Positions 53,556 to 63,519 are shown, numbered from the stretch's first letter. The stretch: DNA of 64,000 nucleotides from Dehalococcoidia bacterium (GCA_009692705.1 SHYR01000001.1:33948-97947), one strand, 5' to 3'. Program-made: numbers and translations. Notes: generated from the letters alone by a model not told the origin.

Positions 53556-54452
53556 TCAGGCGAGTGCGAGCGCGACCGCGGCGTAGAAGGCGGCCTGGAT
53601 CAGCACCGCCGCGATCAGCACCACGTAGCCGGTCACGCGATCCCAGAGGTGCAGCGCCGCCCCCACGACGAGGTTGATGCCGAGGATCAGCGAGGCGGTG
53701 CGCGGCAGCTCCAGCAGCGCGTCGCGCGCCACCACCGAAACGATCGCGCGCGGCCCAGCCGGCGGGAAGTGCAGGTCGAGCATCTCAGGCAGGCTGGCCA
53801 AGCGCAGCGCCACCTGCACCCACACCGTCGCGGAGGCCGCGATCGCCAGCACGCACAGCGCCAGCGCCAGGCGATCGCTCCAGAACCCCTGCGCCGCCGT
53901 GCCAGAGCGGTCCACGTGGTGCGTCACCAGCGTCGTCGGGCCGAGGTCCTGCCGCACCTGGATCGCACGCGCGAAGTCGGCGGGGTTCTCGACGGAGATG
54001 GCGTAGTTGCGTTCCGTCGTCATCACGTAGAGCACCTGCTCCGGGGACTCGTGCGCGGAGTAGAAAAGCACGTCGCCGATGCGCTCGATGTGCGCGCGGC
54101 CGACGTGATGTCCCCACCACGAGACGCCGCGCACGTGCGGTACGCCCACCGAGGTGCCGGGCACGAGCCGCTCGATCGCGCCCAGCGGGATCACGTGCCG
54201 CGTCGGACCCCAGGCAATCACGAGCCCGTTGCGGTCCACCGCGTAGGAGAGCGTCGACAGCGCGTAGGTCCAGTAGGCGAACAGCGCCGTGAGCGCCACT
54301 CCGGCCAGCGCCACGGCGTAGGAGAGGAACCACCCGATGCCGACGTCGGCAGTCAGCCCGTTGTTGAACAGCGTTAGCGCGACCGCCGCCGCCCAGAGCG
54401 TGATCACGGAGCCGACCAGCAACCCGAGCCCGCGCGGAGGCTGATAGTACAC
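53556..54452 (-). CDS. membrane protein with bacterial PH-like domain
   Basis: Two N-terminal TM helices, then a soluble ~120-aa segment (NGLVIAWGPTRHVIPLGAIERLVPG...LFYSAHESPEQVLYVMTTERNYAISVENPADFARAI) resembling bPH-type domains, followed by C-terminal TMs. Confidence 0.45.
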   Translation of the reverse strand: MYYQPPRGLGLLVGSVITLWAAAVALTLFNNGLTADVGIGWFLSYAVALAGVALTALFAYWTYALSTLSYAVDRNGLVIAWGPTRHVIPLGAIERLVPGTSVGVPHVRGVSWWGHHVGRAHIERIGDVLFYSAHESPEQVLYVMTTERNYAISVENPADFARAIQVRQDLGPTTLVTHHVDRSGTAAQGFWSDRLALALCVLAIAASATVWVQVALRLASLPEMLDLHFPPAGPRAIVSVVARDALLELPRTASLILGINLVVGAALHLWDRVTGYVVLIAAVLIQAAFYAAVALALA

Positions 54453-54545
54453 AGCTTACCTCGAAGTTACTTCGAACCCGTCCGCGGTGCGCGGAGCACG
54501 GCGGCACGGGGCGGCGACAGCTGCGCCGCCCTCACGGCCGTCGCG

Positions 54546-55517
54546 TCATGCTCCGCGGTGTCGCGCGTCGGCGGGGCGCGCACCCGCGCTGACTGCGGTG
54601 TCGTAGACTGGCGTCAGCCACTGGGCGTGCTCCGGCAGGCGGCCGGTGATGGCGTCGAAGTAGCGCCGCTGGAGCTCGCGGCTGATCGGTCCCGGCCGGC
54701 CGTCGCCGATCGCGATGCGGTCCACCTCGACCACGGGGGTGACGTGCGCGGCCGTCCCGGTCATGAATACCTCGTCCGCGATGTACAGTTCGGAGCGGTC
54801 GATCGTGCGCCGCTCGACGGTGAGCCCCAGTGCGTGCTGCGCGATCTCGAACGCCGTCTCCAGCGTGATGCCCTCGAGGATGTTGTCCGAGGGTGGCGGC
54901 GTGATCAGGCGGCCGAAGCGCACGATCACGATGTTCTCGCCGGAGCCCTCGGAGACGTGACCGTCCTGGTTGAGCATGATCGCTTCGTCGAAGCCGTTGA
55001 GCTGCGCTTCGGTCTTCGCCATAGCGTTGTTCACGTACAGCCCATTCACCTTGGCGCGCGCCGGGATCGCCGCGTCGTCGACGCGCCGCCACGAGGAGGT
55101 CGCGCAGCGCGCGCCGGCATCAGCGTCTAGGTACGCGCCGAACGGCGTGATGAAGGCCAGGAAGTCGTCCTCCAGGTTGTGCATGCGGACGCCGACTACC
55201 TCTTGCGACTTGTAGACGATGGGGCGGATGTAGACGTCCTCGCGGTAGCCGTTGAGCGCCGCGAGCTGCGTGATCGTGTCGACCAGCTCGTCGTCGCTGT
55301 AGCGCAGGTCCAGTCGCATGATCTTGGCGCTCTGCCGCACGCGCTGGATGTGATCGCGCACGCGGAAGAGGTAGAGCTGCTGCTGCTCGCCGTTCCAGTT
55401 GCCGCGAATGCCTTCGAACACCGCCGTGCCGTAGAGGAAGGCGTGGGTCATGATCCCGATCTTGGCTTCCGCCAGCGGGACGAAGTGGCCCTGGAAGAAG
55501 GCGGTGGGCGTCGGCAT
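54546..55517 (-). CDS. ilvE: branched-chain amino acid aminotransferase (class IV PLP enzyme)
   Basis: GAAVFEGIRGNW-type N-terminus, the EGSGENIV block and a class IV fold over 323 aa. Confidence 0.9.
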   Translation of the reverse strand: MPTPTAFFQGHFVPLAEAKIGIMTHAFLYGTAVFEGIRGNWNGEQQQLYLFRVRDHIQRVRQSAKIMRLDLRYSDDELVDTITQLAALNGYREDVYIRPIVYKSQEVVGVRMHNLEDDFLAFITPFGAYLDADAGARCATSSWRRVDDAAIPARAKVNGLYVNNAMAKTEAQLNGFDEAIMLNQDGHVSEGSGENIVIVRFGRLITPPPSDNILEGITLETAFEIAQHALGLTVERRTIDRSELYIADEVFMTGTAAHVTPVVEVDRIAIGDGRPGPISRELQRRYFDAITGRLPEHAQWLTPVYDTAVSAGARPADARHRGA

Positions 55518-55769
55518 GCGGCTTCCCTTCGGGCCGGGTGGCGCGCAAATGGCGCGCGCGGCGGCGGGAATCAGATCATGCAGGATGATAGGGCGCTCCC
55601 GGAACGGGCGGCAACCAGCACGCCTCCGCCGCGCGCCGGCATCGCGGCAGGCGCGCGGCGGAGGCGTGCTGGTTGCCGGCGTGCGCCGCGCCGCGCATCC
55701 TGTGCGGGCCCGCGACCGCGCGGTCGCGACGCGTGATCGAGCGATGCGGGATCACGGAGGCAGCGGACC

Positions 55770-56663
55770 GTGACGGTTCCCTCGGGCGCGCGCTACCAGG
55801 TCGGCACGGTCCACTTCACCGTGCTGAACGACGGCGTCTTCTACTCCGACGCCGGCGCGGTCTTCGGCATCATCCCGCGCGTGCTGTGGGAGCGCGTCTC
55901 GGGGCCGCTCGACGAGCGCTACCGCATCCCGCTGGCGCTGAACTGCCTGCTGCTGCGCTCCGAGGGGAAGACGATCCTGATCGAGACCGGCATCGGGGGG
56001 AAGCCGGGAGACCGCGACGCCGCCTCGCCCGCCGCGGACGGCACGCTGATGGACGCCCTGGCCGCGGCCGGCGTGCGGCCGGAGGAGGTCGATGTCGTGA
56101 TCAACTCGCACCTCCACTCCGACCACTGCGGCTGGAACACGGTGGTGGACGAGCGCGCGCCGCAGGACGCGCCGCTCGAGCGGCGCGTGAAGCTCGGCTT
56201 CCCCAACGCCACCTACTACGTCGGCGCGGCCGAGTGGCGTGACGCCACGCACCCCAACGAGCGCACGCGCGGCACCTACTTCGAGCGCAACCTCACCCCG
56301 GTCGCGGACCACCTCATGCTGGTGGACGGCGAGCTGGACATCACCGGCGAGGTGAAGTTCGTGCCGGCGCCCGGGCACACGGAGGGGCACGGCACGGTGC
56401 TGATCCACTCCGGCCGCGAGTCCGCGATCTACGTCGGCGACCTCGCGCAGCATCGCGTCCAGCTCGAGCGCACGGTCTGGGTGTCGAGCTTCGACCTGTT
56501 GCCGCTGCTGTCGATGGAGACCAAGAAGCAGCTCGTCGATCGCGCGATCGAGCAGCGGTCGCTGCTGATCATGACCCACTCGCCGTACCCCGGCGTGCTG
56601 CGGCCCACCCGCAACGAGCGCGGCTTCCGCGAGCTGCTCGACGTCTCGCCGCTCGAGGCGTAG
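55770..56663 (+). CDS. MBL-fold metallo-hydrolase
   Basis: HxHxDH motif (VVINSHLHSDHCGWN) and downstream H/D ligands (APGHTEGH...GDLAQH). GTG start with GGAGG 9 nt upstream. Confidence 0.8.
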   Translation: MTVPSGARYQVGTVHFTVLNDGVFYSDAGAVFGIIPRVLWERVSGPLDERYRIPLALNCLLLRSEGKTILIETGIGGKPGDRDAASPAADGTLMDALAAAGVRPEEVDVVINSHLHSDHCGWNTVVDERAPQDAPLERRVKLGFPNATYYVGAAEWRDATHPNERTRGTYFERNLTPVADHLMLVDGELDITGEVKFVPAPGHTEGHGTVLIHSGRESAIYVGDLAQHRVQLERTVWVSSFDLLPLLSMETKKQLVDRAIEQRSLLIMTHSPYPGVLRPTRNERGFRELLDVSPLEA

Positions 56664-56670
56664 CGCGGCC

Positions 56671-57792
56671 GTGACCGCGCCCGGCGGCGCCGCAGGCGAG
56701 CCGCGCGAGCCTCGGCGGCGCGAGGGCGCGCAGCTCCGCGTGCTGCCGCTCGCCGGCCTGCACCTCCAGCTCGGCTGCCGTCCCACGCCCGCGCACGGCT
56801 GGTCGATGCCGCTGTGGTACGAGGGTGCGCTCGACGAGCAGGAGCAGACGCGGCGCGCCGCCGGCGTCTTCGACCGCTCGCACCTCGGCCGCTTCTACGT
56901 CACCGGCGAGCGCGCGGGCGCCGTGCTGGGTCGCGTGCTGGCGAGCGATCCCGCGCGCATGGCGGTCGGCGCCGTGCAACGCGCGGTGGCCTGCCAGGAC
57001 GGCGGCACGATCCTCGACCTCGTCACGCTGGGCCGGCTCGACGATCAGCGCTGGCTCGTGGTCACCGGTCCGCGCCACGGTGACCGGCTGCTGGCTGCTG
57101 TCGCTGCCGAGGCGGCCGGCGCGGCGGTCGAGGTGCACGACCGCCGCATGGCGACCGCGCTGGTGTCGTTGCAGGGCCCGGCGGCGGCGGAGATCTTTGG
57201 CAAGGTGTTCGGCGCGAGCCTGCGCGACGGCATCGCGCGGGAGCGCTGCCGCGAGCTGCTGCTGGGGCTGCATCGCGCCGCGATCCTGCGCACCTCGGCG
57301 ATGGGCGAGGACGGCTTCTGGCTGCTGATCCGCCCCGACGACGGCGCCGAGCTCTGGCGGGCGTTCGTGGCGGCGGGCGCGGTCTCCGCGGGGCTGCAGG
57401 CGCACGACGCCCTGCGGCTGGAGGCTGCGGTGCTGGAGGCGCCCGCCGAGACTCCGCCGCCCGTGACGCCGCAGGCGGCTGGCCTCGGCTCGCTGGTGGA
57501 GCTCGACGGCCGGGCGTTCCGCGGTGCGGAGGCGCTGCGCGCCGCGGGGCCGCCTCCGCGCCTGCTCACCGGCCTGTGGCTGGAGGGGCCGCGGCTCGCT
57601 CGTGCCGGCGCCCGCATCAGCATCGAAGGCGCCGATGTCGGGGCGTGCGTCGCGGGCGGCTACTCGCCGGCGCTCGGCGCCGCGATCGCGCTCGCGTACC
57701 TGCCGCCGGGCGCGCAGCGCGTGGAGGTGGACGCGGGCGGGCAGCACGCCGCGGCCACGGTGGTGCCGCTACCGTTCGTCGCGCTGCGCTAG
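56671..57792 (+). CDS. gcvT: aminomethyltransferase (glycine cleavage system T protein)
   Basis: GcvT-family N-terminus (MPLWYEGALDEQEQTRRAAGVFDRSHLGRFYVTGERA...LVSLQGPAAAEIF). Length 373 aa, typical for GcvT. Confidence 0.7.
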   Translation: MTAPGGAAGEPREPRRREGAQLRVLPLAGLHLQLGCRPTPAHGWSMPLWYEGALDEQEQTRRAAGVFDRSHLGRFYVTGERAGAVLGRVLASDPARMAVGAVQRAVACQDGGTILDLVTLGRLDDQRWLVVTGPRHGDRLLAAVAAEAAGAAVEVHDRRMATALVSLQGPAAAEIFGKVFGASLRDGIARERCRELLLGLHRAAILRTSAMGEDGFWLLIRPDDGAELWRAFVAAGAVSAGLQAHDALRLEAAVLEAPAETPPPVTPQAAGLGSLVELDGRAFRGAEALRAAGPPPRLLTGLWLEGPRLARAGARISIEGADVGACVAGGYSPALGAAIALAYLPPGAQRVEVDAGGQHAAATVVPLPFVALR

Positions 57793-57813
57793 CGCGGGCG
57801 CACGCGCCGGTCG

Positions 57814-58491
57814 CTAGTACCAGGCCTCGATCGGCGTGCCCCACTGGAAGGGCCGCGTCAGCACCCAGCCGAGCCCGCGCTCGGCGGCGTGGTGCTTGAG
57901 CCACGCGCGCACCGGCTCGGTCAGCGGCCCGTCGTACCCCACGTCGTAGGAGAACCGCGGGCCACTGAGGTTGAAGTCGAGGTAGTAGATGCGCCCGCGC
58001 AGCGCGCCGGCGCCGTCGAGGTCGCGCGCGGCGGCCTCCGCGCCGGCGGCGACTTGCTGCAGCAGCAGCTCGAGCGTGCGCGCCGGCCACAGTCGCCGGG
58101 GCGCGATCGCCGCCTCGATCGTGGGCACGCGCACCAGCAACCGCTCGCCGTCGGCGGTGTGCTCCAGCGTGGCGGGGCCGAGTTGCTCCAGCGCCCACGC
58201 CAGCGCGCAGGTCGCCGAGAGCACGTCCTGCGCGCGCTGGTCTCGTTCGCCGCCGCCACCGCAGCCGTCCGCGCCGTGCGCGGCCACCAGGCGCTCGCGC
58301 AGCTCGCCGAGCTGCCCGGCGCGCTCGACGTCATCGAGCGCGCGCGCGAGCCAGTAGTACGGCGGGTGATGCTCGGCGTTGCGCGTCTTGGTGCGCGCAA
58401 CCCAGCAGCTGCGCTCGCCGCCGTACGACTCGACGCGCGGCAGCAGGCGCTGCAGCCAGTCGCCGATCTCGAGCCGCCGGTGCGTCGTCAC
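57814..58491 (-). CDS. hypothetical protein
   Basis: 225-aa ORF with protein-like composition (RIYYLDFNLSGPRFSYDVGYDGPLTEPVRAWLKHH). It has the opposite orientation to its neighbours. No family recognised. Confidence 0.45.
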   Translation of the reverse strand: MTTHRRLEIGDWLQRLLPRVESYGGERSCWVARTKTRNAEHHPPYYWLARALDDVERAGQLGELRERLVAAHGADGCGGGGERDQRAQDVLSATCALAWALEQLGPATLEHTADGERLLVRVPTIEAAIAPRRLWPARTLELLLQQVAAGAEAAARDLDGAGALRGRIYYLDFNLSGPRFSYDVGYDGPLTEPVRAWLKHHAAERGLGWVLTRPFQWGTPIEAWY

Positions 58492-58601
58492 GCGCCGATC
58501 GTACGCGCGCGCCCCGTGGTTGGTCGGCGCGCGCCGCCGTGGGGTCCGCGGTCGCCCGCAGGCGATCCGGGGCGTAGCCTCCCGGGGCGGACGCGGAGCG
58601 A

Positions 58602-59435
58602 GTGGTCGTGGACGATTACGTGCGCGCGGTGCTGCTCGGCCTGCTGCAGGCGGTCACCGAGTTCGCGCCGGTCTCCTCCTCCGGCCATCTCGTGCTCGCC
58701 GCCGAGCTCACCGGCGAGCGGGCGAACGCGCTCACCTTCGACGTCGGCCTGCACCTCGGCACGACCGCGGCGGTGATCGTGTGTTTCTGGCGCGACTGGT
58801 GGGTGATCGCGGTGGCCGTGTGGCGCGGCGTGGCCACCTACGGCCCGCGCATCGAGCGCTGGGAGCCGCGCGCGCAGCTTGGCGGCTGGATCGCGCTCGC
58901 CACCGTCCCCGCGGTGGTCGTGGGGTTCGCGCTCGACCGCACGATCGAGGCGGAGCTGCGGCGCGCGTGGCTGGTGGCGGTGCTGCTGATCGTGGCGGGG
59001 GTCGTGATGGGCGTCGCCGACGCTCGCGGCGGCAGCCGCCGCGGGATCGGCGACGCCACCGGCTCACGCGCGCTCTGGATCGGCGTCGCGCAGGCGCTGG
59101 CGCTCGTGCCGGGTGTCTCGCGCTCCGGCGCCACGATCGCGGCCGCGCGTGCGCTCGGCTTCGACCGTCTGTCCGCGGTCCGCTACTCGTTCCTGCTCTC
59201 GGCGCCGGCCGTGCTGGGCGCGGGCGCGCTCGCGGTCGTAAACGCGCTACGCGGGGACGAGGTGGTGGAGTGGGGTCCGTTGCTCGCCGGTGCGGCGGTC
59301 TCCGGCATCTGTGGGCTGGTCGCGCTGCGTGCGCTGCTGCGTTTCTTCGAGCGGCACACCTTGCGCGTCTTCGTCTGGTATAGGATCGCGCTCGGCCTCG
59401 CCGTGCTGCTCGCGCTGGCCGCGGGCGCGCGCTAG
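58602..59435 (+). CDS. uppP: undecaprenyl-diphosphate phosphatase
   Basis: BacA/UppP motifs (AVTEFAPVSSSGHLVLAA...GVSRSGATIAAA) and 8 TM segments. Confidence 0.9.
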   Translation: MVVDDYVRAVLLGLLQAVTEFAPVSSSGHLVLAAELTGERANALTFDVGLHLGTTAAVIVCFWRDWWVIAVAVWRGVATYGPRIERWEPRAQLGGWIALATVPAVVVGFALDRTIEAELRRAWLVAVLLIVAGVVMGVADARGGSRRGIGDATGSRALWIGVAQALALVPGVSRSGATIAAARALGFDRLSAVRYSFLLSAPAVLGAGALAVVNALRGDEVVEWGPLLAGAAVSGICGLVALRALLRFFERHTLRVFVWYRIALGLAVLLALAAGAR

Positions 59436-59505
59436 CGCGCCCCGCGGCGAACCGACAGCCGCGGTCCCGGGCACCACGCGTCGCAGGCCGCCGAGGGAGA
59501 TCGCC

Positions 59506-60300
59506 GTGGTCACGCCGCGCCCCGAGATGCCCGCCGGGGCGGTGGACCTCTCCGGCCGCAAGGCGATGGTGGTGGGCGTCGAGACGCCCGCGGGCGCGGC
59601 GATCGCGCTGGCGTACGCGCGGGCGGGCGCCGACGTCGCGCTCTGTGCGCTGCGCGCCGACGAGGGCGTGGTGACCGCCAAGCGCATCCAGAAGCAAATC
59701 CAGGCGCTTGGACGCGGCAGCAGCGTGTACGTGATGGACGTGCTGCTGGGCAGGAACGTGCAGGTCACCACGCGGCAGGTGACGAAGGAGCTGGGCGGGC
59801 TCGACATCGTGGCCGGCTGTTCGCATCGCCTGCTCGCCAGGCCGCTCGCGCAGACCACCGACGTGGAGCTGCAGCAGGTGCTGGCGCTCAACTTCAACGC
59901 CCAGTTCTTCCTCGCGCGCTCTGCGGCGGGAGAGTTGGTGCGGCAGGGCCGAGGCGGCAGCATCCTGCTGGTGACGCGCGCCCTCGACGAGCGCGGGATC
60001 GCCGGCGGCGCCGCCGCGTACAGCGCCGCGCACGCGGCGGTACACGCGCTCGTGCGAGCGCTGGCGCAGGAGCTCGCGCCGCAGCAGGTCGCGATCAACG
60101 CCCTCGCGCTGGACTGGGAGGCCGCGCCGGCCGGCGGGCACGACGAGCAGGCCGCGCATGCCGTAGGCTCCGCGCCCGCGGAGCGCCCCGGCGCTGCGGA
60201 CGCGGTCGGACCGCTCGCGGTCCGGCTGTCCCGTGGCGGCGCCGGAGCCGTCAGCGGGCAGGTGGTCGCCGCGGACGGGGACACGCTGCCGCGCGGATAG
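59506..60300 (+). CDS. SDR-fold protein with non-canonical motifs (Y-x3-H in place of Y-x3-K; degenerate glycine-rich loop)
   Basis: GTG 59506 with a GAGGGAG RBS 6 nt upstream. VVGVETPAGAAIA replaces TGxxxGIG. The active-site block is AAYSAAHAAVHALVRALAQE. An SDR Rossmann core is present. Confidence 0.55.
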   Translation: MVTPRPEMPAGAVDLSGRKAMVVGVETPAGAAIALAYARAGADVALCALRADEGVVTAKRIQKQIQALGRGSSVYVMDVLLGRNVQVTTRQVTKELGGLDIVAGCSHRLLARPLAQTTDVELQQVLALNFNAQFFLARSAAGELVRQGRGGSILLVTRALDERGIAGGAAAYSAAHAAVHALVRALAQELAPQQVAINALALDWEAAPAGGHDEQAAHAVGSAPAERPGAADAVGPLAVRLSRGGAGAVSGQVVAADGDTLPRG

Positions 60301-60347
60301 CGATCGGTAGCCGCCGCCCTGGCCCGTGACAGAGGCGACAGGAGGCG

Positions 60348-61145
60348 ATGGTGATCCTCGATCGGTTCGACCTCAGCGGCCGGAGCGCCATCGTCACCGG
60401 TGCGGGCAGCGGCCTCGGTCGCGCGATGGCGATCGCGCTGGCGCAGGCGGGGGCCGACATCGTCGGCGTCGGTCGCCGGCGCGAGGTGCTCGAGGAGAGC
60501 CGGGGGATGGTGGAGGCGCTGGGACGCCGCTTCCTCGTCCACCCCACCGACGTCACCGACTCGGCGCAGGTCAACGCCATGGTCGCGCACGCGATCGCGG
60601 AGATGGGCCGCATCGACATCCTGATCAACAACGCCGGCGGCGGCGGTTCCGGGGCGGGCAAGTCGCTGCCGGAGCTGACGGACGAGGACTGGCACAGCGG
60701 GATCGACAGCAACCTCACGTCCGCCTTCTACTGCACGCGCGCGATCGTGCCGCACATGCTGGAGCGGGGAGGCGGCCGCATCATCAACGTCGCCTCCTCG
60801 GTCGGGTTTCGCGCCATGAGCGGCGCCTGGATGTACCCGATCGCGAAGGCCGGCATCGTCTCGCTCACGCGGGCGATCGGGTTCAACTATGCGCGCGACG
60901 GCATCCGCTGCAGCTGCATCGCGCCCGGCCGCTTCCCCTTTCGCGCCACGGCGGAGACGAAGCGCGCGATCGGCGAGCGGCAGGTGGCCGGGCGCATCGG
61001 CGAGCCGGATGAGATCGCCGCCGCCGCCGTGTTCCTCAGCTCGCCCGCGGCGGACTACCTCTCCGGTGAAACCTTGATCATCGACGGCGGCGTGGTGGCG
61101 GCCGGCATCATCCCGTTCTCGATGCGGCCCGTGGTGGAGGGCTGA
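60348..61145 (+). CDS. SDR-family oxidoreductase (canonical motifs)
   Basis: TGAGSGLGRA, NNAG, S...YPIAKAG (Y-x3-K) and PG...P are all present. Confidence 0.85.
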   Translation: MVILDRFDLSGRSAIVTGAGSGLGRAMAIALAQAGADIVGVGRRREVLEESRGMVEALGRRFLVHPTDVTDSAQVNAMVAHAIAEMGRIDILINNAGGGGSGAGKSLPELTDEDWHSGIDSNLTSAFYCTRAIVPHMLERGGGRIINVASSVGFRAMSGAWMYPIAKAGIVSLTRAIGFNYARDGIRCSCIAPGRFPFRATAETKRAIGERQVAGRIGEPDEIAAAAVFLSSPAADYLSGETLIIDGGVVAAGIIPFSMRPVVEG

Positions 61146-61149
61146 CGCG

Positions 61150-61941
61150 ATGGCGGCCGGCGCCCGGCGCGTGCCGTTCTTCGACCTCACCGGCCGGCAC
61201 GCGCTGGTCACCGGCGCCACCGGCCCGCTCGCGCGGGCGCTCGCGGTGGCGCTCGCCGAGGCGGGCGCCGACGTCTCCGTGACCACGCTGCAGCACGACC
61301 GCGCCGAGGAGGTGCAGGCGAACTCGATCCTCAACGAGTGCTGGGCCATCGGGCGGCGCGGCGAGGCGCGCACGGTCGATCTCACGGACCCGCGCGCGGT
61401 GGCGGCGGCCGTCGATGCGCTCGAGCGCTCGATCGCGCCGATCGACATCCTCGTGAACGCCGGCCATCACGCGAACATCAAGCCCGCGCTCGACGCCACG
61501 GTGGCGGAGTGGAATCGCGAGATCGCGCGCAACGCCACGGCGGTCTTTGTCGCCTCGCAGGCGGTGGCGCGGGGCATGATCCAGCGCCGCTACGGTCGCA
61601 TCGTCAACATCGTCTCGATCCTGTACGACCGCGGAGCGTCGAACGCGGCGCTCTACGCCGCCTCGCAGGGCGCCGTGCTCGGCTTCACGCGCTCAGCGGG
61701 GATCGAGTGGGGACACGCCGGCGTCACCGTCAACGCGCTGGGGATCGGCATCTTCGACGGCGTGCCGGGGCCGCAGAGCGACCCCGAGCTGCACGCCTTC
61801 TTCGAGCGCTACCTGCCGATGCGCCGGCCGGGGAAGCCGGAGGACCTGCAGGGCGCGCTGGTGTACCTAGCCTCCGCGGAGGCCGGCTTCGTGCTGTCCG
61901 AGCTGCTGGTGGTCGACGGCGCGCTCCAGCCGCACATGTGA
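61150..61941 (+). CDS. SDR-fold protein with Y-x3-Q in place of Y-x3-K and altered cofactor loop
   Basis: VTGATGPLARALA; NAGHHAN; the active-site block is SNAALYAASQGAVLGF. It starts 5 nt after the preceding SDR. Confidence 0.65.
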   Translation: MAAGARRVPFFDLTGRHALVTGATGPLARALAVALAEAGADVSVTTLQHDRAEEVQANSILNECWAIGRRGEARTVDLTDPRAVAAAVDALERSIAPIDILVNAGHHANIKPALDATVAEWNREIARNATAVFVASQAVARGMIQRRYGRIVNIVSILYDRGASNAALYAASQGAVLGFTRSAGIEWGHAGVTVNALGIGIFDGVPGPQSDPELHAFFERYLPMRRPGKPEDLQGALVYLASAEAGFVLSELLVVDGALQPHM

Positions 61942-62066
61942 GGCGGTGGTCTGCCAGACGCGAGGATGAGCCTTGCACAATAAGCACAAGAAGTGAAGTA
62001 GCGTCTACACAAGTCGGCGGTCTGCACAAAACAGTCTGGTGCTGTTCGGCGTTGCCGCGAGCCTAC

Positions 62067-62318
62067 TCAAGGCGCGTCAGGTCGGTCGGTCGTAGTGTGG
62101 GCACGGTCGCCCAACGGGATCACGAAGTAACCGATGATCAGGCCTATGATCTCGCCAAGCAGCAAGCCGAACAACATGAGGAGCATCCACCAGTAGGACG
62201 CGCCGCGATCGCGGATCATCCTCCACAGGAAGTAGTACGGTACCGTCAGCACCGCGAGCACCATCGGGAGGATCAGCAGTTCTTGCCAGCCGAGACTCCC
62301 TGGCATCGAAACGTTCAT
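62067..62318 (-). CDS. small membrane protein (83 aa) in a low-GC islet
   Basis: MNVSMPGSLGWQELLILPMVLAVLTVPYYFLWRMIRDRGASYWWMLLMLFGLLLGEIIGLIIGYFVIPLGD has two clear TM helices. The surrounding 600 bp have reduced GC. Confidence 0.35.
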   Translation of the reverse strand: MNVSMPGSLGWQELLILPMVLAVLTVPYYFLWRMIRDRGASYWWMLLMLFGLLLGEIIGLIIGYFVIPLGDRAHTTTDRPDAP

Positions 62319-62543
62319 CCCCGGCGGAAGCGACGGCTAGGTTGCCGTCAACCCCTGCGTGTTCAAGTCCGACGTTGAGGGCCAACGCAGCCTCGTCGTG
62401 TTGATCGACGGCGAGGAGATGAAGCACATCCCGCTCGTGTTCCGCAAGGTCGCAACTCCACCATCCACATCGTAGCGAAGTTGTGGCGGGCCTGTGGTAC
62501 GAACACCGGCCACGCCGAGACAGGGAGTGGGCGCCCCCAGCGC

Positions 62544-63506
62544 CTAGCCCGTCCAGGGCAGGGAGCGCGGCTGCAACACCTGCCGCACGCGCCCGTCCGC
62601 GACCAGCGCGATCAGATCGAGCGCGCCGTACAGCGCCGGGCTCATCCCCCGCAGCGCCGCCGTCGCCAGCTCGTCGTCGATGTGCGCCAGCGCCCCGACC
62701 AGCAGCAGCGCCGCGAGCTCGCAGCTCCCCGCCGCGCGCTGCTCCGCCGCGCGCCGCACGTGGCGTCGCAGCAGCCGCCGCACCGCGGCGCCGTCCCCCG
62801 GCTCGAAGTCGGGCGGCGCGCCGATCACCGTCAGGCCCGCCGGCTCCTCCGCGGGCAGCCGCGACAGCAGCCATGCGTCGTGCACCGCCACGCTCGTGCG
62901 CTGCTCGCGGTTGAGCAGCGCCGCGCGGTCGCGCACGCGCGCGAGCACGATCTCGACCTCGGCCTCCTCCTCGGACAGCCGCCGCAGCGCCCGCGCGTCG
63001 AGGTGGTAGGCGCCCTTCACGCCCTCGGAGAGGTGCGTCCAGCGCGCGGCGAGGGGGCCGCTCACAGACATGTACGCGCCCTCGTCGTCGACCTTCGCCA
63101 GCTCCAGCTGCACCGGCACGCGCAGCTCGCGGCGCTGCCCCGGCGCGAGCCCGCGCAGCGCGCCGGCGACCAGCAGGCGGAACTGCGAGCGCTGCGGCTC
63201 GCTCACCGGCAGCGAGCCGCCGGGCGGCACCCATAGCACGTAGGCGCCGGGATCGAGGTCGGCGGCGAGCATCTGCTCGAACGACCCCCCACCCGGCACG
63301 GGATCGCCATCGGCGTCCTCCCACAGCGCCCCCACGGTCACGCCCACGCGCCGCTCGCGCTGCATCAGCACGGCGTCGAAGGGTGTCGCGTCGCCCTCGC
63401 CGGCGCGGAAGCTGCGGAAGAAGCGCTCGCCCATCCAGGCGGTCAGCATCGCGAGCGCGGCTCGGCTGCTGCGGGAAAGCGGCTGTTGCGGGCGTGGCGC
63501 CGTCAC
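62544..63506 (-). CDS. hypothetical protein
   Basis: 320 aa. A GTG start at 63506 lies 13 nt after the stop of the upstream membrane-protein gene. Soluble, acidic, with protein-like composition. Confidence 0.5.
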   Translation of the reverse strand: MTAPRPQQPLSRSSRAALAMLTAWMGERFFRSFRAGEGDATPFDAVLMQRERRVGVTVGALWEDADGDPVPGGGSFEQMLAADLDPGAYVLWVPPGGSLPVSEPQRSQFRLLVAGALRGLAPGQRRELRVPVQLELAKVDDEGAYMSVSGPLAARWTHLSEGVKGAYHLDARALRRLSEEEAEVEIVLARVRDRAALLNREQRTSVAVHDAWLLSRLPAEEPAGLTVIGAPPDFEPGDGAAVRRLLRRHVRRAAEQRAAGSCELAALLLVGALAHIDDELATAALRGMSPALYGALDLIALVADGRVRQVLQPRSLPWTG

Positions 63507-63519
63507 CGGCGGGCAGGCG

